Below are positions 59,410 to 64,000 of a stretch of DNA of 64,000 nucleotides, piece by piece. The notes under the pieces are model-generated. The model saw only the letters and a list, made by a program, of their open reading frames with translations, was not told the DNA's origin and did not search any database. The position numbers were made by a program, and so were the translations under genes. This DNA is from the human T2T-CHM13v2.0 reference genome, Homo sapiens. Position 1 is the first letter of the stretch; the number at the start of each line of letters is the position of its first letter. Location of the stretch: assembly GCF_009914755.1 (NCBI RefSeq), contig NC_060925.1. One strand, written 5' to 3'.

Positions 59410-59912
59410 TGTTAAAGAAAAGTTATTCAGTGATACTTGTTAAAGATTGGTAAGGCAGACTTTATCCAGGACAATTACCATACGCATAGAGGGACCACTG
59501 CAATGGGAGGTTGCAGTAGGGTAGAGAGATTGGGCTCAACTCCTAATACAGCAGGGGCAAGTGGGAATTTATAGCCAGAAAGCAGGGTGGCAGTCATGCC
59601 ACCTGATGGAAAATTGCTAAGATGGAAAATTGCTAAGCAGAAACATCAAGGGTAAGGGGGATTTCTGGCAAAACTGACCTAACAGGATTCTTGCTGAAGA
59701 TAGACTACAGTGGTTAGTCATCACCTGGTGGTGCAGGATGAGGAACCTACCAGATATCAAGAGGGATCAGGTATTGAGGGCAGGGAGTTCTTTCAAAACT
59801 GACTTAGTAGCATTCTTGCTAAAACTAGATTTTATAACAAAGAGCACAGATAGGCCTAGGAGAAGGTTTAGAAGACTGATTAAAGTGTGGCCAAATGAAG
59901 ACTCTCTGTTAG
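59410..59912 (-). mobile_element. ERV1-class solo LTR (MER31-like)
   Basis: 'tgttaaagaaaagttattcagtgatacttgttaaag...gggaccactgcaatggg...gagagattgggctcaactcc'. Confidence 0.8.
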
Positions 59913-61389
59913 ACCCCACTGGATCCTCCAGGACCTTCCCTGCCCACCAGCCTCCTGCTAGCATTCACACATCTATTCAGAAGACATATTCTGAGTGCCA
60001 GTCACTCTCCAGGCAGAAGACTCACCTTAAATAAGACCCATCCTTGCTTTTACAGACTGCCCTCACTCCCTCTCCAACCTAGGCCTTCCTCTCACCAGCC
60101 TACAGATCACTCATTCTGCACCACCCAGTCACTCATTTTCCCTGCTTTGGCTGCCAATTTTGCCTAGTAATGCTGCATTGCACCATAACAAAAGTAACAA
60201 ACTTGTCTTAGCTTCAGTTTCTGCATCACAAGGTTGCAATGAGAAATACACAAGAAAAAGAATCTAAAACCCCTAGTACATTGTGTAATACAACTAGGCG
60301 TTCAATAGGTACCATCACCACTCACTCTGCTGTTTGAAATCAGGCAGACCTACATTTGAATCCCAGCAATCCATTTAATTGCTGTGCATCCTGAACCCCA
60401 GCCCCCTCATCTGTAAAATGAAAGCTAACCAATAGCCAACTCTTAAGGGTATAAAGAAGATTTAGAAACAAACATGCCAACAACCCATTAGTGATATTGT
60501 GATTTCCCCAAATGAAAATGGTATCTATGGGCTTTGGATCCTACTAATATTGCCTAACTTCTAGGTGATTTTGTCAACTGCAGCTACACCCTGTTGGATC
60601 AGAGGAGCCTGCTGATGACAGGTTTAAGACCTGCTAGGCTCCTAGAACTTGTGCAATTGCCTCCTAATTCTCAGCTAAGACCCCTGGGAAGATTGTCGAG
60701 ATATTCAGAAAAAAAACACTCAGGAGCTCCCAAAGCCTGGGAAGTTTATGCAAGGGAAATGTAACATTTTTGTGTCTGAAGCTCAGTATTCCCAGGCCCC
60801 CAGACCCCATCCCAGATGTGGTGGGCAATCATGATGAGGAGTGTGTTGCATTTCCTATGAATTAAGCCATCGAGCCTGGAGAACAATGTCATCATTGATG
60901 GGAAAAGGTCGCTGAAATTCCAAGGACACTTGAGGCCTTTCACTGGGCTGAGACAGAGATGCCTAATATTAATCCTACGTAATACGAGTCTCTGACAACC
61001 CACTTTCTAATGGGCCTGCTAGTGGTTCAATTGACCATTCACTGTGATTCAGTGCATCCTCAAGGAAGTGCTTTGAAGCGGGGAAAACTCTAATTTTTTA
61101 TCTGTGATCCAGCACTTGCCAAAATTTATTAGCAGAGGCCATTCTGATTCTTGGGGAGAAAGTGTTTTACTCCATTAGAGGTTTACTTAATTTGGGGGGA
61201 TATGGTGGTTCAAACGCCAAGCACAGTGAAATCAATACTCTTTCATTTATTAAACACACATTTCGGGGCATAGAAACTAACAAATGCATAGGCTATTGCT
61301 GCTGCCCTACTGACAGTGTCTTCTGGCCTGTGACTTTGTATGGAGTGGCTATCTTTGTTTACACTCACTTTAGAGTGGTGCTCTAGAGT

Positions 61390-61800
61390 TCATTCATTTA
61401 TTCAACAGATATTTAATGAGTGCTTCTCCTGTTTCAGGCACTACAGTGAAGGATAAAATGACAAGCAAGACACAGCCATTCTCTCTCCTTTATGCAGCTT
61501 ATAAACTAATAAGGAAGTCAAACCATGGCTTATACTCATGACTACTAAGTGTAACAAGTGCATTGCTAGGGGAAGGCAGGACCCCATGAGGAAATATAGC
61601 CAGCACTCTAACCTGTAAGAGGAATTTTAGAGAATCTTTGAAGAGGATCTTTGGAGACACTGGCCTTTCAGCTGAGACTGGACAGAAGCTGAGTTAGCCA
61701 AGGGAAGGGAGAGCAGGGAGCAAGGGGCATAAAGGGAGCTCAAGGTAACTGGGTCCCAGAGGATGTGGAGTGAGTGGGGTGAGACGTGACTGCAGCAGAG
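61390..61800 (-). mobile_element. L2 3' fragment
   Basis: 'tcattcatttattcaacagatatttaatgagtgc'. Confidence 0.7.
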
Positions 61801-62799
61801 CCAGGTTATGTGGGGAGGGCTGGCTGTTCCACTCACTTCCAACTTTCTACACCGCACAGTTTTCAGACGTCCTTCGGCTCCATGCTTTGCAATGTACAGT
61901 CCTCAGTGAGACCCTAGCCCTAACCCACCTTCCAGAGTCCCAGTCAAACCACAGCTTCTTCCCAGGAACCCATTTGTCAAGTTGAATAATTCAGACCACA
62001 CTTACCCATATCTCCACAGTCCAATTATTGTGAATAGAAGAATCAGGGTGAATTGGGAATATGAAGGTGGCCTACTGATTGGGACCAATGGTGTAATGCT
62101 TAGGAAATGGTGAGGGGAAATTGAATCGCCCCACTGCTTTTTCTTCTCTGGCCAGGAAAATCGTCTCCGGGAGATTGGGGTACTATAAGTGAACGCTTCA
62201 TTTTTCTAATTGAGTTCTCATTCCTTGGCTGGTATTGAACTCCATCCCAAAAACGGGGCTTTGAGGACACACAAAGAGTGAGAACATCACGAAAGGATAG
62301 GAACTTAACCAACATTATTTTCATTTCCAAAAATGAGAAAAAAGTAGTAGACACAGCAAACTTCAACAGTGGCTTTGACATTGGGACCAAGCAATGATGC
62401 AGATGAGGTGATCAAAGGGGAGGTCTGAGGATATCAGAGAAGGAAGCAGAAGTGACCAGGAGATGGCATAAATGTGCACAGAGCATGCCACAGCAAACTC
62501 ACTCACCTGCTGCCTTTCTGTGAACAGTTATGGGTTGTCAGTTTAGTGGAAGTTCTTAGCTTCTCTGGGATTCAACAAAACATGTGCCAAACACTTCTTT
62601 AGAAATCCCTTAATACACATTCAACAAATAGATGCTAAATGGAATATGTCTGCAGAGTTGGGCCAGGATGTTATAAAAGCATAGAGAGGTGTTACCTACC
62701 CCTGCCTGTGGCAGGTCTGAAAGGCTTCCTGGAAGAGGTGACACCTGGGCATATAAAGTACACCATATGGCATATGGTATGGTACAGATTGAAAGAGTG

Positions 62800-62985
62800 T
62801 AGTGTAGCATGGTGCAAACTCACTTAACCCCACTGTGCTTCCATTTTCTCCTCTATAAAATAAGACGACAATAATACATAGTTCACAAGTTTGATGTGAG
62901 AATTTTTTCCAATGAATTAATATGTGCAAAGTGCTTAGAACAGTGAATGGTATGTGGTAAGTGCTATATAAATGTTAGCTATGAC
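62800..62985 (+). mobile_element. MIR
   Basis: 'tgtgcaaagtgcttagaacagtgaatggtatgtggtaagtgctatataaatgttagct'. Confidence 0.8.
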
Positions 62986-63002
62986 TAAGAAGATGTGTGG
63001 TT

Positions 63003-63500
63003 CATTTTTTATTAATAAACTTTATTTTTTGAGGAGTTTTAGGTTTACTGAAAAATATAGCAAAAACTACAAAGAATTACTGCAGACCTCTTTCCTTTCA
63101 CACATAATTTGCCCTTTTATTAGCATCTTGCATTATTGTAGTGGGTTTGTTATAATTGGTGAGCTAATATTGACACATTGCTATTAACTAAAATCTGTAG
63201 TTTACATTAGGGTTCACTCTTAGTGTTGTGCATTCTATGGGCTTGGACAAATGTATAATGATATGTACCCACCATTATGATACTCTACAGAGTAGTTTCA
63301 CTGTCCTTAAAATCCTGTGCTCTGCCTAATCATCCCTCCCTCTCCTTGAATCCCTGGCAACCACTGATCTCTTTATTGTCCCTACAGTTTTGCCTTTACT
63401 AGAAAATCATATAGTTGGAATTGTACCAGGTGTAATCTTTTCAGGCTGGCTTCTTTCACTTAGTAACATGCATTTAAGTAGTCTCCATGTCTTTTCCTTG
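63003..63500 (-). mobile_element. L1MC/L1MD-type 3' UTR fragment
   Basis: 'gtttacattagggttcactcttagtgttgtgcattctatggg' and 'ggcttctttcacttagtaacatgcatttaag'. Confidence 0.8.
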
Positions 63501-64000
63501 GTTACATTTTTAAAAGGATAGGTACATTCATACCAAGTCAAATAAGGATACTCGAGGGAAGCTGAATAGAAGATCTTTACCTTGTCATTCTGGAGAAAGT
63601 TCTTTGAATCTTTGCCTTTGGAACTCTGCTTGCTATGTCATCCTCCACTAAAGTCCCACCCCTAAGGCTTCTTGCCTCTAATTAAGTGAGCCCTTTAAAA
63701 TGCAAATGTTTCTGGGAGGTCACAGTTTAAATATTTCAGACCTGGGACATAACATTTTTCAGCTAGAAGAAGCTTTAGCGTCACCTGTTTCCAAACCCGT
63801 ATTTAGAGATGGAAATCAAGAGAGTGGCCGTCCTGAGGAACACACAGTCAGAAATGAGTGAGTGACATGTGATTCATTTACCATGTCATTTGAATGCAGG
63901 TTAACCCATACACCATGAACTAAAAAAATAAAACACAAAGTTCAACAAAGTTCTTGTGAATTTCATCCAGAAACCTATACAGCGAAATCCTATTTGTTTA

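Noticed and set aside
62762-62778. accatatg-g-catatggt palindrome with two CATATG E-boxes
   Set aside because: Short, at an L2/MIR boundary, plausible by chance in 64 kb.

Overview
Primate (ape-like) nuclear DNA: AT-rich, CpG-poor, intronic or intergenic, and dominated by interspersed repeats. I recognise no intact protein-coding gene; the long ORFs are broken L1 ORF2, Tigger1 transposase or Alu/microsatellite artefacts. Main content: three large 5'-truncated L1PA copies with target-site duplications (16006-18589 -, 44013-47861 +, 53129-54918 -), a full-length degenerate Tigger1 (50478-55221) in a multi-layer nest, an internally deleted ERV1-class remnant (26800-27905), about ten Alus, several MaLR/MER LTRs and DNA-transposon fossils, and many MIR/L2 fragments. 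Best leads: a candidate minus-strand spliced transcript (exon-like units near 31.2-31.6 kb, terminal exon with AATAAA at 2.2-2.6 kb), an ancient L1 3' transduction carrying a MER33 fragment, two long near-perfect inverted repeats (50023-50120, 55654-55784), L1 copies sharing non-consensus substitutions, and a possible short L1-to-L1 gene-conversion tract. I found no convincing new biological system. Repeat subfamily names come from recalled consensus sequences and need Dfam/RepeatMasker confirmation; boundaries of old repeats are approximate.
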